DNA from: a virus
Taxonomy: Duplodnaviria > Caudoviricetes
Strand: one strand, 5' to 3'
DNA: 62,071 bases
IMG/VR virus record: IMGVR_UViG_3300025000_000102
Location: 1 to 62,071 of that record
Position numbers and translations under genes: made by a program
The notes under the pieces: generated by a model
The model's input: only the letters and a program-made list of their open reading frames with translations
What the model was told of the DNA's origin: nothing
The model's database searches: none
In this document: positions 48,552 through 58,361 of the stretch, in pieces
Numbering within the stretch: position 1 is the first letter of the stretch
Layout of the letters: each line of letters starts with the position of its first letter

Positions 48552-48857
48552 ATGCACCTTGATTTTGCGGTAAACAAAGATTGTTTAAATCTAATGGATA
48601 GTTATGGTGAGATATGCGTTAAATGCAACTGTTGTGGCAGATTTGACGAGAGCACAAAGCTAGAGGCGCAACTAAGAACATTAAAAAAACACTTGCAAGA
48701 GAATCGCGATTTTAACGATTGGTTTGAGGAATGCGAAGAGATTCAAAGGGCTAACGTTGCGGCTAATATTTCGTATTTAGAAGAGGAGATTCGCAAGGTT
48801 GAGGAACAAATAAAGATGAGCCCCAACCCAGAAGACCATGAGGCATCTATTAATTAA
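48552..48857 (+). CDS. Hypothetical Cys-rich protein
   Basis: SYGEICVKCNCCGR. Confidence 0.55.
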   Translation: MHLDFAVNKDCLNLMDSYGEICVKCNCCGRFDESTKLEAQLRTLKKHLQENRDFNDWFEECEEIQRANVAANISYLEEEIRKVEEQIKMSPNPEDHEASIN

Positions 48858-48888
48858 CGGTGGCTAAGGCTGAGAAGAGGGATTATTC

Positions 48889-51861
48889 GTGTCCGATACT
48901 AACATAACGACTGAACAGTTCCTAAACGCACTATACGGCAATCTCGACGAAGGGCACGTCTATCTCTGGACTCTGCCCGATCACAGGACATGGCCCTTCG
49001 CGGTCGATGAGCTACGGACTATGGCAAGCGCTGCCCATGCTATTCAGGATGATAAGGACGTGTACTTTGGGCTTGGGGGGGCACTGCAGGAGATTAGAGA
49101 TAACAAGCGTCTCCTAGCTAACAATGTGTCGTTTATCACATGCCTTTGGATGGACATCGACATTGCTACGCAAGGAGCACACGCTCACGATCAACTACCT
49201 AAAACGATTGAGGAGGCACTAGGTATCCTTCCTGACTTCTTAGGCCCCTCCATCGTCGTTTGGTCAGGCAACGGTCTGCATGTCTATTGGCTCCTCAAGG
49301 AGGCGTGGATATTCGATTCTCAGGAAGAAAATCTCCGCGCGTCGAACCTCATGATCAGACTACAGGCGTTCGTGAGATCCCTTGCGCAAGAGAGAGGTTG
49401 GAAACTCGACAGCACGCCAGACCTCTCCCGCGTTCTGAGGGTGCCTGGGACATTGAATCATAAGATGGGCCAGAGTAAACCGGTTGTGATCACGCAGTTT
49501 GACGAGTCTGTACGGTATGACCCTTCCGAGTTAGAGGACCTTATCCCAGACATCGACTTCCGCGCAGAGATCACGAATCACGGGAAGTTCGAACGTCGAC
49601 CAACGGATGTGAGCTCTGACCTGATGATCGGAAATTGCGCATTCCTGCAATACTGTTTGATTAACGCCTCGTCCATAACCTACGGCGAATGGCTGTCAAT
49701 GCTCACCAACGTAGTGAGGGGCACAGACGGGATTGATAAGTGCCATGAGTTATCACGACCAGACACGGGACGTTACACACCGAAGGGGACGGACTTTAGG
49801 ATATCCGAGGCGCTGAATATGAATGGGCCACAGACTTGCGAATATATTCGTACCTCTCATGGGTTTCCGTGCCCTGCCGGGGGATGTGGGGTGAAGTCTC
49901 CCTCTTCGTTCTCGCTCGGTCGCGTCGACCAGGCGAGGGCAAGGATTAATATGCTGGGGATACCAACGACTGAGAAGGTTTTTCAACCCGAGATATTAAC
50001 CGCGCTGTCAATCGTTAAACGGTCCGATCCGGCGCTGTATGCTCGCGTTAAGGACAAGCTCAAGGGCTCAGGGATTAACCTTAATGATCTTAATGCGTCA
50101 ATCAAACATCTGGCACAGGAAACTATCATGGAGGCGCTAGATGCTCCATCAAGCTCAGGAACAGTCGTCGATATTCCTTGTGGAGAGTTATCTGGTATAC
50201 CCAAGGACTATATCTTTCCTCCGGCCTTTAGAATTAACAACGATGGAATTAGTTATGTTAAAACGACTAACGAGGGACCGATACTCCTTAGGGCATGCGG
50301 TTGCCCTGTATATATTAAGGCGAGACTGTACAACGAGGACACGGATTCCGAATCGCTGAAAATAGCGTATAGACATATGGGCCATTGGCGGGACTTAGTT
50401 GTTCCTCGTTCCGTAGCAATAAACTCGCGGCTCGTTATTAACCTAGCCGATCGAGGTCTTGCCGTTGCCTCAGATAGTGCCCGTTATGCCGCTAAATACT
50501 TCGATGATTGCCTATGTTGTAATCCTGATATTCCTGTTCAGAAAGCCGTCTCCCATTTTGGTTGGAGAGGTAAAGCGTTTATATTCCCTGGATTATGCCC
50601 TGATATTGAGATCGATGTTGACGACATTGAGAGCAAACACGCGTTGAAAGGGTTTTTATCAATGGGAATATTAAACGATTGGGTAAACGTTGCCAACGAC
50701 GTTAGGAATACTTCTTCAAATGCGCGATTTATGCTTTCGGCTGGGTTTTCCTCGCCACTACTCAAGCTATTGAGTCAAAGAAATTTTATCATCCATAATC
50801 ACGGCGGGTCAGGCGGGGGGAAGACGGCAGCGCTGTGGCTGGCAATATCAATATGGGCTGATCCTGATCCGGTTATTGCAAGTTTTAACAATTCACCGAC
50901 GTCTCTGGAACGGAGAGCGAGTTTATTCTCGGATCTGCCATTCGGAATCAATGAGCGCGAGGTGTTGGGGCAGCAGCAAAAACAAGATATTTCTCCCATT
51001 ATCTACATGTTGGCGGAGGGCAAAGGAAAGGGTCGTGGTAGCAAGTCGGGACTGCAAAAACTGAATACATGGAGGACGGTTGTTCTTGCGACTGGAGAGG
51101 GTCCCCTGACATCTGCTGCGAGTATGGATGGATTCATGAATCGTTTAATTGAAATTGACGGCGGGCCACTTGCTGATAACGTACCTCTTGCGAGGTATCT
51201 TTATGAATTTTTACCTAATTGCCATGGACAAGCAGGGATAGTATTTTTACAACATCTCATGGAGGCGCAACTTAGCGATATTGTGGAATTATATCGTGAG
51301 GCACAAGCTCGGCTAAAGTACAATTTTCCAGATAGACTAGATAGCCACTTAGACGCACTAGCGTGTGTTACGGTAGCAGATTACCTATCAGGAGTTTGGG
51401 TATTCAATAAAGAACCAACGATAGCAAAATCGGAGTCTTACCATATGATTGCGGAAATAGCTAGTAAACTTATCAGGCAATGCGAGGCTAGTGAGTCGGA
51501 ACGCGCTTGGTTGGCATTCATGGATTGGGTAGGGGAAAATTCGGACAAACTCAGTAATTCGTATTCGTCGAGAATTGGCACGAAAGACGGAGTGAATATT
51601 TACTTAATCAGGAGTGTTGTGGATAAATTCCTTAGTCAGTATTCAAGCGCTCAGAAAATAATTAAAGATTGGGCAGGACAAGGGAAAATTCGAACGTGGA
51701 GGGATGGAGAAAAAAATAGGTTTGATTACAAGAGAAGTATTGGAGGAGCAAGGGTTAGGTGTATTGTATTCGCCGAAGATCTTGAAAATACGGACAGCGG
51801 TGGGGCATGTGGGCAGCAGTGGGGCAGTAGTGGGGCAGGCAGTGGGGCAGGTAAATATTAA
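48889..51861 (+). CDS. Primase-helicase (AEP/RepB-like primase + DUF927 helicase)
   Basis: WMDID, SGNGLHVYW, RVLRVPGT.N.K; Walker A GGSGGGKT, G.GKGR, W....LATGE. Confidence 0.88.
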   Translation: MSDTNITTEQFLNALYGNLDEGHVYLWTLPDHRTWPFAVDELRTMASAAHAIQDDKDVYFGLGGALQEIRDNKRLLANNVSFITCLWMDIDIATQGAHAHDQLPKTIEEALGILPDFLGPSIVVWSGNGLHVYWLLKEAWIFDSQEENLRASNLMIRLQAFVRSLAQERGWKLDSTPDLSRVLRVPGTLNHKMGQSKPVVITQFDESVRYDPSELEDLIPDIDFRAEITNHGKFERRPTDVSSDLMIGNCAFLQYCLINASSITYGEWLSMLTNVVRGTDGIDKCHELSRPDTGRYTPKGTDFRISEALNMNGPQTCEYIRTSHGFPCPAGGCGVKSPSSFSLGRVDQARARINMLGIPTTEKVFQPEILTALSIVKRSDPALYARVKDKLKGSGINLNDLNASIKHLAQETIMEALDAPSSSGTVVDIPCGELSGIPKDYIFPPAFRINNDGISYVKTTNEGPILLRACGCPVYIKARLYNEDTDSESLKIAYRHMGHWRDLVVPRSVAINSRLVINLADRGLAVASDSARYAAKYFDDCLCCNPDIPVQKAVSHFGWRGKAFIFPGLCPDIEIDVDDIESKHALKGFLSMGILNDWVNVANDVRNTSSNARFMLSAGFSSPLLKLLSQRNFIIHNHGGSGGGKTAALWLAISIWADPDPVIASFNNSPTSLERRASLFSDLPFGINEREVLGQQQKQDISPIIYMLAEGKGKGRGSKSGLQKLNTWRTVVLATGEGPLTSAASMDGFMNRLIEIDGGPLADNVPLARYLYEFLPNCHGQAGIVFLQHLMEAQLSDIVELYREAQARLKYNFPDRLDSHLDALACVTVADYLSGVWVFNKEPTIAKSESYHMIAEIASKLIRQCEASESERAWLAFMDWVGENSDKLSNSYSSRIGTKDGVNIYLIRSVVDKFLSQYSSAQKIIKDWAGQGKIRTWRDGEKNRFDYKRSIGGARVRCIVFAEDLENTDSGGACGQQWGSSGAGSGAGKY

Positions 51862-52119
51862 TATATCTCTTGAATACTCTTAATATCTCTATTATTCATA
51901 TACCTGCCCCACTGCCCCACTTGTCCCACCACATTTACCTATAGAAAACATATATACCTTGTAGCACGGTAAGGGTATAGGTCCTTTTCTATATAGACTA
52001 TATTCCTAAAATGGTGGGGCAGTGGGGCGCAAGGTCATGAAACCGTTGCGGCAGTAGGGCTAAGGGGTGCCCCACCACAAAAAATGTGGTGGGGCATGGT
52101 GGGGCGGGGTGGGGCAGGT
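51798..52119. repeat. GTGGGGCA iteron-like cluster around AT-rich segments; putative replication origin
   Basis: About a dozen direct and inverted GTGGGGCA/TGCCCCAC copies at 51800-51850, 51904-51930, 52014-52030, 52068-52118. Confidence 0.75.
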
Positions 52120-52142
52120 AAGTTAATAAGGAGGTAACAGTC

Positions 52143-52346
52143 ATGAAAGGTAAAATAATCCAGATAATACCAGCGCCAAGTAATTTAGTCATCGTGAGCA
52201 CGGTAGATGGAGAAGTATGCGAAGAACCTCCGTTATGCCTAGCCCTAACGAATCAAGGAGAAATCCTTATCATGCACATAGATGGAGTTGGATTAATTGA
52301 TGAAGTCCACGAAGCAATAGACATGGATTATTTCAAGTGGAAGTAG
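52143..52346 (+). CDS. Hypothetical protein
   Basis: AAGGAGGT RBS; KIIQIIPAP motif. Confidence 0.6.
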   Translation: MKGKIIQIIPAPSNLVIVSTVDGEVCEEPPLCLALTNQGEILIMHIDGVGLIDEVHEAIDMDYFKWK

Positions 52347-53373
52347 ATGGGCTTGCCACGGATCAGGTGATCCCACCCAAAATCCAAACCCTACTCACTC
52401 GTAAACAGACCGCCGACGCCCTCTCGCCAGAGATCCGGCAAAAGTACGCCAAGGAATACCAACTACTCATTTCTCAGATCGCAAACTACGGACTAAATCA
52501 CTCACTACCGGCATGGGACACGGAAGTTAACATGGAGATACTGTCCCAAATATTGCAGGAGATCGACAGAAAGCACGGTCAGGACGGCGTAGAGAGGATT
52601 TGCCTAGCGATGGTGCCAGAAATTGATTTGAGCTTTCGGGAGAGGGATCAGGTGAGGATTGAAGCGTGGGTTAGTGTGACCAGAGAACGGATGAGGAATG
52701 CGTAGAGGTGAACACCGTTGAGATTCCCAACCTGTATGACCTGCATATGCAGGAAATGCAAGAACGAAATAACTTGCCCACTAAATACGGAGAAGATCAA
52801 GGAGAGGCCTTGTGATAAGTGTCACGGGAGAGAGTTGGATTGGTGTAATAAATTCAGGGAGGAAAACCATGATTAACGAATTCGAGGAAAAGATTAAATC
52901 CTATTGGACACACACTCCGGCTGTCGTAGTGGTCAAGGAGATCAAACGTAGGACAGAGTTGCCGAAGTGGGAGGATTGCCCTAAGGATCACTTGTATGTT
53001 GGGGTTTCGAGGAGAAAGAACGGAGACAAATTGACGGTGGTTAAACACAAGATGGAAATGATACTTGAGTTAAGGGGAACGGTAGAGGAATTTCCCGCAA
53101 TAGACCATCGTCAGCTTGGAGTCCTGCCTTATTACATTACGATGATCTGTTCGCGGTGTGGAGAGTTTAGCACTCGGATGAACGTTGGGTGTATCTGTCA
53201 GGACTGCACCGAGGAGGCGAAGAAACGATGATCGGAAGGAATTGGACTATCAGCTTTAAAAACAAGCAGTTGACCACAACCCAAAACGTCCCCAACTGTA
53301 AATTATGTCCAAACCGTTACAACCATGTGTCCGAATCGCCTTGTGCGAAGTGTAAACCGTTAGGAAAGAGAGT

Positions 53374-53988
53374 GTGTGTGAAGTGAGTAAGCAAATGAAT
53401 TGCCCGGGATGTAATGAGGTCGTAGATAGGGATAAGCTGTTTATCTCAGCAATGAGTGTGATAACCAAGAATCTATTTTCCGTAACAGACTATCTAAAGA
53501 TCAATGGATTTTTCACCGCACCAGCATCGACTAAATACCACGGTAACTACGCAGGAGGGTTGTTTGATCATTCTTTGGAAACGATGAATCAATTAGTCGA
53601 TCTATCTCTTAGGAATAATCTAAAACGGACTCGACCAGAATCACCATACATCGTTGGAATGTTCCATGATCTGTGTAAGATCGACGCTTATGAGTATGTT
53701 CAATCTCCTGCTCGAGAAGTGACAAGTGGTATTACGATCCAGAAAGATGACGGTCATTGGGATTACAACAACGAATGCTTGATTAAGGGTCACGGTGACA
53801 AGTCGGTTATGATTCTGTCCACGCTCATGCAATTGACCGAGGAGGAAGTGTTGTGTATTCGCTATCACATGGGGGCGTTCGTGGATAAGGATGAGTGGAA
53901 TTACTATACTCGGGCTATCGAAAAGTATCCTAATGTTCTTTGGACGCATCACGCAGACATGATAGCCTCTAGGATTGTTGGAATTTAA
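53374..53988 (+). CDS. HD-domain phosphohydrolase
   Basis: FFTAPASTKYH....GGL..HS, HDLCK, GHG.KS, IRYHMG, H.AD. Confidence 0.88.
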   Translation: MCEVSKQMNCPGCNEVVDRDKLFISAMSVITKNLFSVTDYLKINGFFTAPASTKYHGNYAGGLFDHSLETMNQLVDLSLRNNLKRTRPESPYIVGMFHDLCKIDAYEYVQSPAREVTSGITIQKDDGHWDYNNECLIKGHGDKSVMILSTLMQLTEEEVLCIRYHMGAFVDKDEWNYYTRAIEKYPNVLWTHHADMIASRIVGI

Positions 53989-54004
53989 CAGAGGGGGAAT
54001 TAGT

Positions 54005-54457
54005 GTGAGTAAATTACTAAACCGTGTCGATGCAGAACTTAAAATAGCCAAAGAGCTTAATCCGATCATAGCAATGGGGATGTTGGCAGTCAGGAAAATG
54101 ATCATTGAGGAAGGTAATTCCCTCGACGGATATCAACGCGACGCAATGCGAACCGTCAATAAAGACACTGGCACACTGATACGCCTTGGCAACTTCGCGC
54201 TCGGTATCTCGGGTGAAGCAGGAGAGGTTGCCGACTATATTAAGAAGATCCTCTATCACGGCCATCCAATGGACAAGGATAAGCTCTGCAAGGAGTTGGG
54301 AGACGTACTCTGGTACGTTGCAACCTTGGCAGATACGGCTGGGTTGACGCTTGAGGAAGTTGCGAGAGGAAACATTGTGAAGCTGAGGAAGCGCTATCCG
54401 GATGGGTTTAGTCAGGAACGTAGTATTAATCGGGACGATAGCGAGGTGAGCCTATGA
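54005..54457 (+). CDS. MazG-like NTP pyrophosphohydrolase
   Basis: LG..GEAGEVAD..KK, KELGDVLWY, N..KL.KRYPDGF. Confidence 0.9.
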   Translation: MSKLLNRVDAELKIAKELNPIIAMGMLAVRKMIIEEGNSLDGYQRDAMRTVNKDTGTLIRLGNFALGISGEAGEVADYIKKILYHGHPMDKDKLCKELGDVLWYVATLADTAGLTLEEVARGNIVKLRKRYPDGFSQERSINRDDSEVSL

Positions 54458-54779
54458 GTAAAATCCTAGCCATAAACGGCAAATACTGCACAGCTCAAAG
54501 CGTAGGTATAACACTCGGCAAGCGCAACGACGCGGTAACGGTGGATAAGTCGGGATTAGTGGCAACTCTACGGTTGCTGGCTGACTTGGTAGAGAATGAT
54601 GAGTTCGAGCTTCGTAGAGTTGAGGTTATTAATCAGGAGGTTCTACCCGATGCCACTCTGTAACTGTCGTTCCTGCAAGGGTAAGTCATGTATCTGTAAA
54701 ACTTGCGAGCTCCGTGATAAGTGCCTGTATTACTACACATTGGACTGTCGGTGGGAAGAGACGAGAGGGGGTAGTTGTG

Positions 54780-55523
54780 ATGTTCAGACCGATATACGAG
54801 CCAAGAACGCGGGCTAAGGAATATGCGGATTTGGCGATTAATATTTACAATTCTTGTAATCATGGTTGTTGGTATTGTTATGCTAAAAAGAACTTCGAAC
54901 GTTGGCATCCGAACGAAACCTTCGGAGAAGACATAAGGCCACGCGAAGGAATTGTCGAAGCAACCAAAAAGCAATTATCCAAAGGCAAATACGCAGGCAA
55001 AACCATTATGCTCTGTTTTACCTGTGATCCTTATCCCCATACGGTCGACACGACAGCCACAAGGGAGGTCATCATGGCTATCAAGGAAGCAGGGGCACAC
55101 GTTCAGATATTAACCAAAGGTGGGGATCGGGCAAGAAGAGATTTTGACTTGCTTGATTCGGGAGATAGTTTTGGGATTACATTCTCTGGTGAGGACGAAC
55201 CATTGGCTGCGCCTCAGATGGAAAGAATACAAACTCTGGCAGATATATCCGAGATTGGCGTAAAAACTTGGGTTAGTTTCGAACCAGTTATAGGAACGGT
55301 AGCGGTAATGGGTGCTATCATGTCTATCCCGGCGGTAGTAAAGCGAGATACTCTTCTTAAAATCGGAAAGCTTAATCACTACAAAAATGAAACTGATTGG
55401 AAGTGGTTCGGGACTGAAGCAGAGCGAATCTGCAAGGAAAAGGGCTGGAATTATTACATCAAAGAGGATTTACGTGCAGAGATGAACTCCCCCTGCCTCA
55501 CTGACGGTGATCCCCATGCCTAA
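54780..55523 (+). CDS. Radical SAM protein (SPL-like family)
   Basis: CNHGCWYC motif, CDPY, ILTK, WVSFEP. Confidence 0.85.
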   Translation: MFRPIYEPRTRAKEYADLAINIYNSCNHGCWYCYAKKNFERWHPNETFGEDIRPREGIVEATKKQLSKGKYAGKTIMLCFTCDPYPHTVDTTATREVIMAIKEAGAHVQILTKGGDRARRDFDLLDSGDSFGITFSGEDEPLAAPQMERIQTLADISEIGVKTWVSFEPVIGTVAVMGAIMSIPAVVKRDTLLKIGKLNHYKNETDWKWFGTEAERICKEKGWNYYIKEDLRAEMNSPCLTDGDPHA

Positions 55524-55765
55524 GCAACCACCAACCCTCTTTCAACGCATTCGACTCTCCTACTGGTATATCACCGCTAAACAAGGCTTTGGCCTCATCG
55601 AATCCTGTGGAGTTTGTGGTAGCACGAAGATAGCTGAGCGAAACACAAGGAAACGTAATCACACATATCACTCTCGATTTAGGTGTCTGTCATGCGGATC
55701 TACTGCGAGTACTAAGGAGAAATGGAGATCACCACGTTAAATTATGTCGGGAGGTGAGATAAACT

Positions 55766-56275
55766 ATGTCCTACGAGTATTACATCACACCTCAGGAATA
55801 CGCCACGGCCCAGCAAAACGGCATTAGTTACTCCAGTGTATCTAACCGAGTACGTAACTTAGGGTGGACCGTAGAAAGAGCAATTACTGAACCATATCGG
55901 AAGACCAGGAGTCTTCTGGAGTGGAGAAAGATTGCCGATGCCAACGGGATAGGATACGAGGCATTTAGATCACGACTGCACAGAGGATGGAGTGTGGAGG
56001 ACGCAGCAACGAAGCCCGTATTTGACGTTGCAGTGCAGTGCAGGGAGCTATCTCAAAACCAGAGGAAGTATCAGGGGAAGCACATCGACGAAGCTCTAGA
56101 AAAGATCGGGATAACGTACGCGGTCTTCTCTCGAAGAATGAGAGATGGGTGGAATATGGAATTGGCTCTTAGTACCAAGAGAATGACCAAGTCCGAGGCG
56201 GCAAAGAAGGGACGCAGGGGATCGTATTGGACTCGCGGTCCGAGATTGTTAGGGAAGGAAGGGGTAAGGGTATGA
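55766..56275 (+). CDS. Repeated-HTH hypothetical protein
   Basis: Three NGI.Y....R...GW..E.A repeats. Confidence 0.7.
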   Translation: MSYEYYITPQEYATAQQNGISYSSVSNRVRNLGWTVERAITEPYRKTRSLLEWRKIADANGIGYEAFRSRLHRGWSVEDAATKPVFDVAVQCRELSQNQRKYQGKHIDEALEKIGITYAVFSRRMRDGWNMELALSTKRMTKSEAAKKGRRGSYWTRGPRLLGKEGVRV

Positions 56276-56373
56276 TGGATATGGAAGTCTGTCCAGAGTG
56301 CGGCAATCAACTACGACATGAGGGCGGCTGCGAGTGGTGCCCGGCGTGTGGGTATTCAGGATGTGACATATAG
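56272..56373 (+). CDS. 33-aa zinc-ribbon peptide
   Basis: CPECG...HEGGC..CP.CGYS.C; ATGA overlap; not in track. Confidence 0.6.
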   Translation: MMDMEVCPECGNQLRHEGGCEWCPACGYSGCDI

Positions 56374-56401
56374 ACGTAATTTAAAGTTAAAAGGAAGCCC
56401 G

Positions 56402-56566
56402 CTATTTATTCGTGGGCTTCCCATACTTATTCAATATTAATTCAATTGCCTCGTCTAGTAGTTTCGATTGTGGTATCCTAGTTTCTTTTGATAATTTTTT
56501 AAACCTTTCTACCAGTTCGTTATCCACCGAGTTTGTATACCTTTGCCTTTTCTTTAAATCTCCCAT
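56402..56566 (-). CDS. Ribbon-helix-helix protein
   Basis: MGDLKKRQRYTNSVDNEL...LSKETRIPQSKLLDEAIE; GAGGTG RBS; not in track. Confidence 0.75.
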   Translation of the reverse strand: MGDLKKRQRYTNSVDNELVERFKKLSKETRIPQSKLLDEAIELILNKYGKPTNK

Positions 56567-56989
56567 GTTATCACCTCAATTTTAGATTATATATTATACT
56601 TAATCTTAGTGCAACTTACGCAAGCTTATGGTATAATATACATAAAAGGAGATGTTTGTTTGTGGTGGAAGATTTGGTAGGAAAAAGATTTGCGAGACTT
56701 ATAGTTACAAGTAAATCTAGCCGAAAAAAAGGACCGTATTGGAACTGCATTTGTGACTGTGGAAAAGAGAAAGAAGTACTTAATTATTTTGGCTATTCGG
56801 ATTAACGTGTTTAACTGATTAATACTCATAAATGTATACCATAGTTGTAGAACGGATTATCGTGTTGAAACCTTATCAAGTACATCACCCCTTTCATGTG
56901 TTTATAATTCGGATTAGTGTGTTGATGCACCACTTTCATTAGTGGTGTTTTTAATTGAAAAATAAACTTGAAATATCCCCTTTTACCCC

Positions 56990-57018
56990 TTTACATGTAA
57001 TGCAATTTGCAGTACAAT
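56990..57018 (+). promoter_or_regulatory. Sigma-A promoter for cargo operon with TGTAATGCAAT operator
   Basis: TTTACA-17-TACAAT; operator repeated at 58054-58064. Confidence 0.65.
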
Positions 57019-57052
57019 AGTATTAGGAGATGAAGTTGAGGGGGAAAACAAA

Positions 57053-57457
57053 ATGAAAAAGCAAACCACGAGAAAATTAGAAGATACGAGTTGGTTAGCC
57101 CAAATCATTCGAGATAAAATGGACGTTGAATTTGAGAAAAACCTTGGGTCTCCTCGTTATCACGCTTTACAAACCTTACACATTATTGTCAACGAAGCAG
57201 ACGATCAAGATAATCCAAACATCTACTACGACACCTACAACCGTAAACGGTCAATTACAATTTGCGAAATACCATCACTTATGAAGCATGGTTATGACTT
57301 TGACACAAACGGAATGCAATGCAAGCTCAGAGGACTTGCGGAGCGTTACACGGACGATGACGGAATGTACATTGTATCAGTACTAACAACCAACGACTTA
57401 AACAGTGCCATGATAAAGGATTTAGAAGAACTGATGTACCAACTCGGAACTCACTAA
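57053..57457 (+). CDS. IS cargo hypothetical protein 1
   Basis: GAGGGGG RBS, 134 aa. Confidence 0.7.
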   Translation: MKKQTTRKLEDTSWLAQIIRDKMDVEFEKNLGSPRYHALQTLHIIVNEADDQDNPNIYYDTYNRKRSITICEIPSLMKHGYDFDTNGMQCKLRGLAERYTDDDGMYIVSVLTTNDLNSAMIKDLEELMYQLGTH

Positions 57458-57458
57458 G

Positions 57459-57500
57459 CCCAAAAGGCCAGCCGGGAGCCAATACCCGGCAATGAGGAGG
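57459..57500 (+). repeat. Conserved intergenic hairpin+RBS motif, copy B
   Basis: CCAAAAGGCCAGCCGGGAGCCAATACCCGGCAATGAGGAGG. Confidence 0.85.
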
Positions 57501-57508
57501 GAACGAAG

Positions 57509-57712
57509 ATGGATGAGTTAGATGTTTGCGAGTGTGATATTTGTGGAAGGGTTTGGGATGTACAATTTCTAACCACCTATAGTCAAAAAGATTGGTTCAC
57601 TAATCCCAGGAAACATGGTTCACTTCGAGTGTGTGAGGAATGTGATACCGCCAGTGTAGCAACTGAGGGTGGTTATGAGATCGAGTATGACGGGACTATT
57701 TGGAACCAATAA
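57509..57712 (+). CDS. IS cargo protein 2 (acidic, CxxC pairs)
   Basis: CDIC...CEEC; AGGAGG RBS. Confidence 0.65.
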   Translation: MDELDVCECDICGRVWDVQFLTTYSQKDWFTNPRKHGSLRVCEECDTASVATEGGYEIEYDGTIWNQ

Positions 57713-57756
57713 CCCAAAGGCTAGCCGGGAGCCTCATACCCGGCAAATGAAAGGAG
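57713..57756 (+). repeat. Conserved intergenic hairpin+RBS motif, copy C
   Basis: CCCAAAGGCTAGCCGGGAGCCTCATACCCGGCAAATGAAAGGAG. Confidence 0.85.
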
Positions 57757-57764
57757 TTTTCAAA

Positions 57765-58016
57765 GTGTTTGAAGTATACATAGGTTCACACGACACTATG
57801 GGAAAAATCGCCCAACGTGGGGCTACTGGGCTAAATCGCAAAACCATGAGATACCAAGTCATTGACAAGACCGCGAAATACAGCATCGTTGATACTTGCC
57901 ACAAGGACTGTGTAAGTTACAGTGATTGTCAGGCTAAGGGTCACTCTCCTTGTGCCACCCTTTACAGCGACAAGGACTTAAGGGCAATTGCCAAGGAGAA
58001 GGGGTTAATAATGTAA
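57765..58016 (+). CDS. IS cargo protein 3 (Cys-containing)
   Basis: GTG start after AAGGAG; CX3CX4CX6C. Confidence 0.6.
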   Translation: MFEVYIGSHDTMGKIAQRGATGLNRKTMRYQVIDKTAKYSIVDTCHKDCVSYSDCQAKGHSPCATLYSDKDLRAIAKEKGLIM

Positions 58017-58102
58017 GGCATCCCTAAGGGCTAGTCCCTATTGCCTATTAAGTTGTAATGCAATATGCTATAGAAAAGGCTGGCGCAGGGGAGAGGAACT
58101 AA

Positions 58103-58285
58103 ATGTCATCACCTAACGAAGGTAAGTCCACCATCAATATCCGTTGCACACCAGAGGAGCATGAGACTATCACTAAGAAGGCTAAATCGTACGGCATGAG
58201 TATCAGTGAGTATGTGAGGTTCGTCAGCTTATACGCTAAAATATCAGTAACCGCACACAAGAAGGCATCAGGAGAAACAAGTTAA
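58103..58285 (+). CDS. IS cargo RHH (MobC/CopG-like) regulator
   Basis: TINIRCTPEEH..I..KA...GMSISEYVR; own promoter TTGCCT-17-TATGCT at 58041-58069. Confidence 0.8.
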   Translation: MSSPNEGKSTINIRCTPEEHETITKKAKSYGMSISEYVRFVSLYAKISVTAHKKASGETS

Positions 58286-58361
58286 TAACAATAGGATTAT
58301 CGTGTTGAAGTCCCCTTCTTTTCCGTGGTACAATTAGTCACGTTAGAGGAGGGGCTTTTAC

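Noticed and set aside
56533-56805. ORF track entries 56533-56805 and 59695-60363 as independent genes
   Set aside because: They are the two halves of one gene split by the ISL3 element
57459-57756. Hairpin repeats as CRISPR or terminators
   Set aside because: Separated by whole genes, no cas genes, and followed by an RBS rather than a U tract
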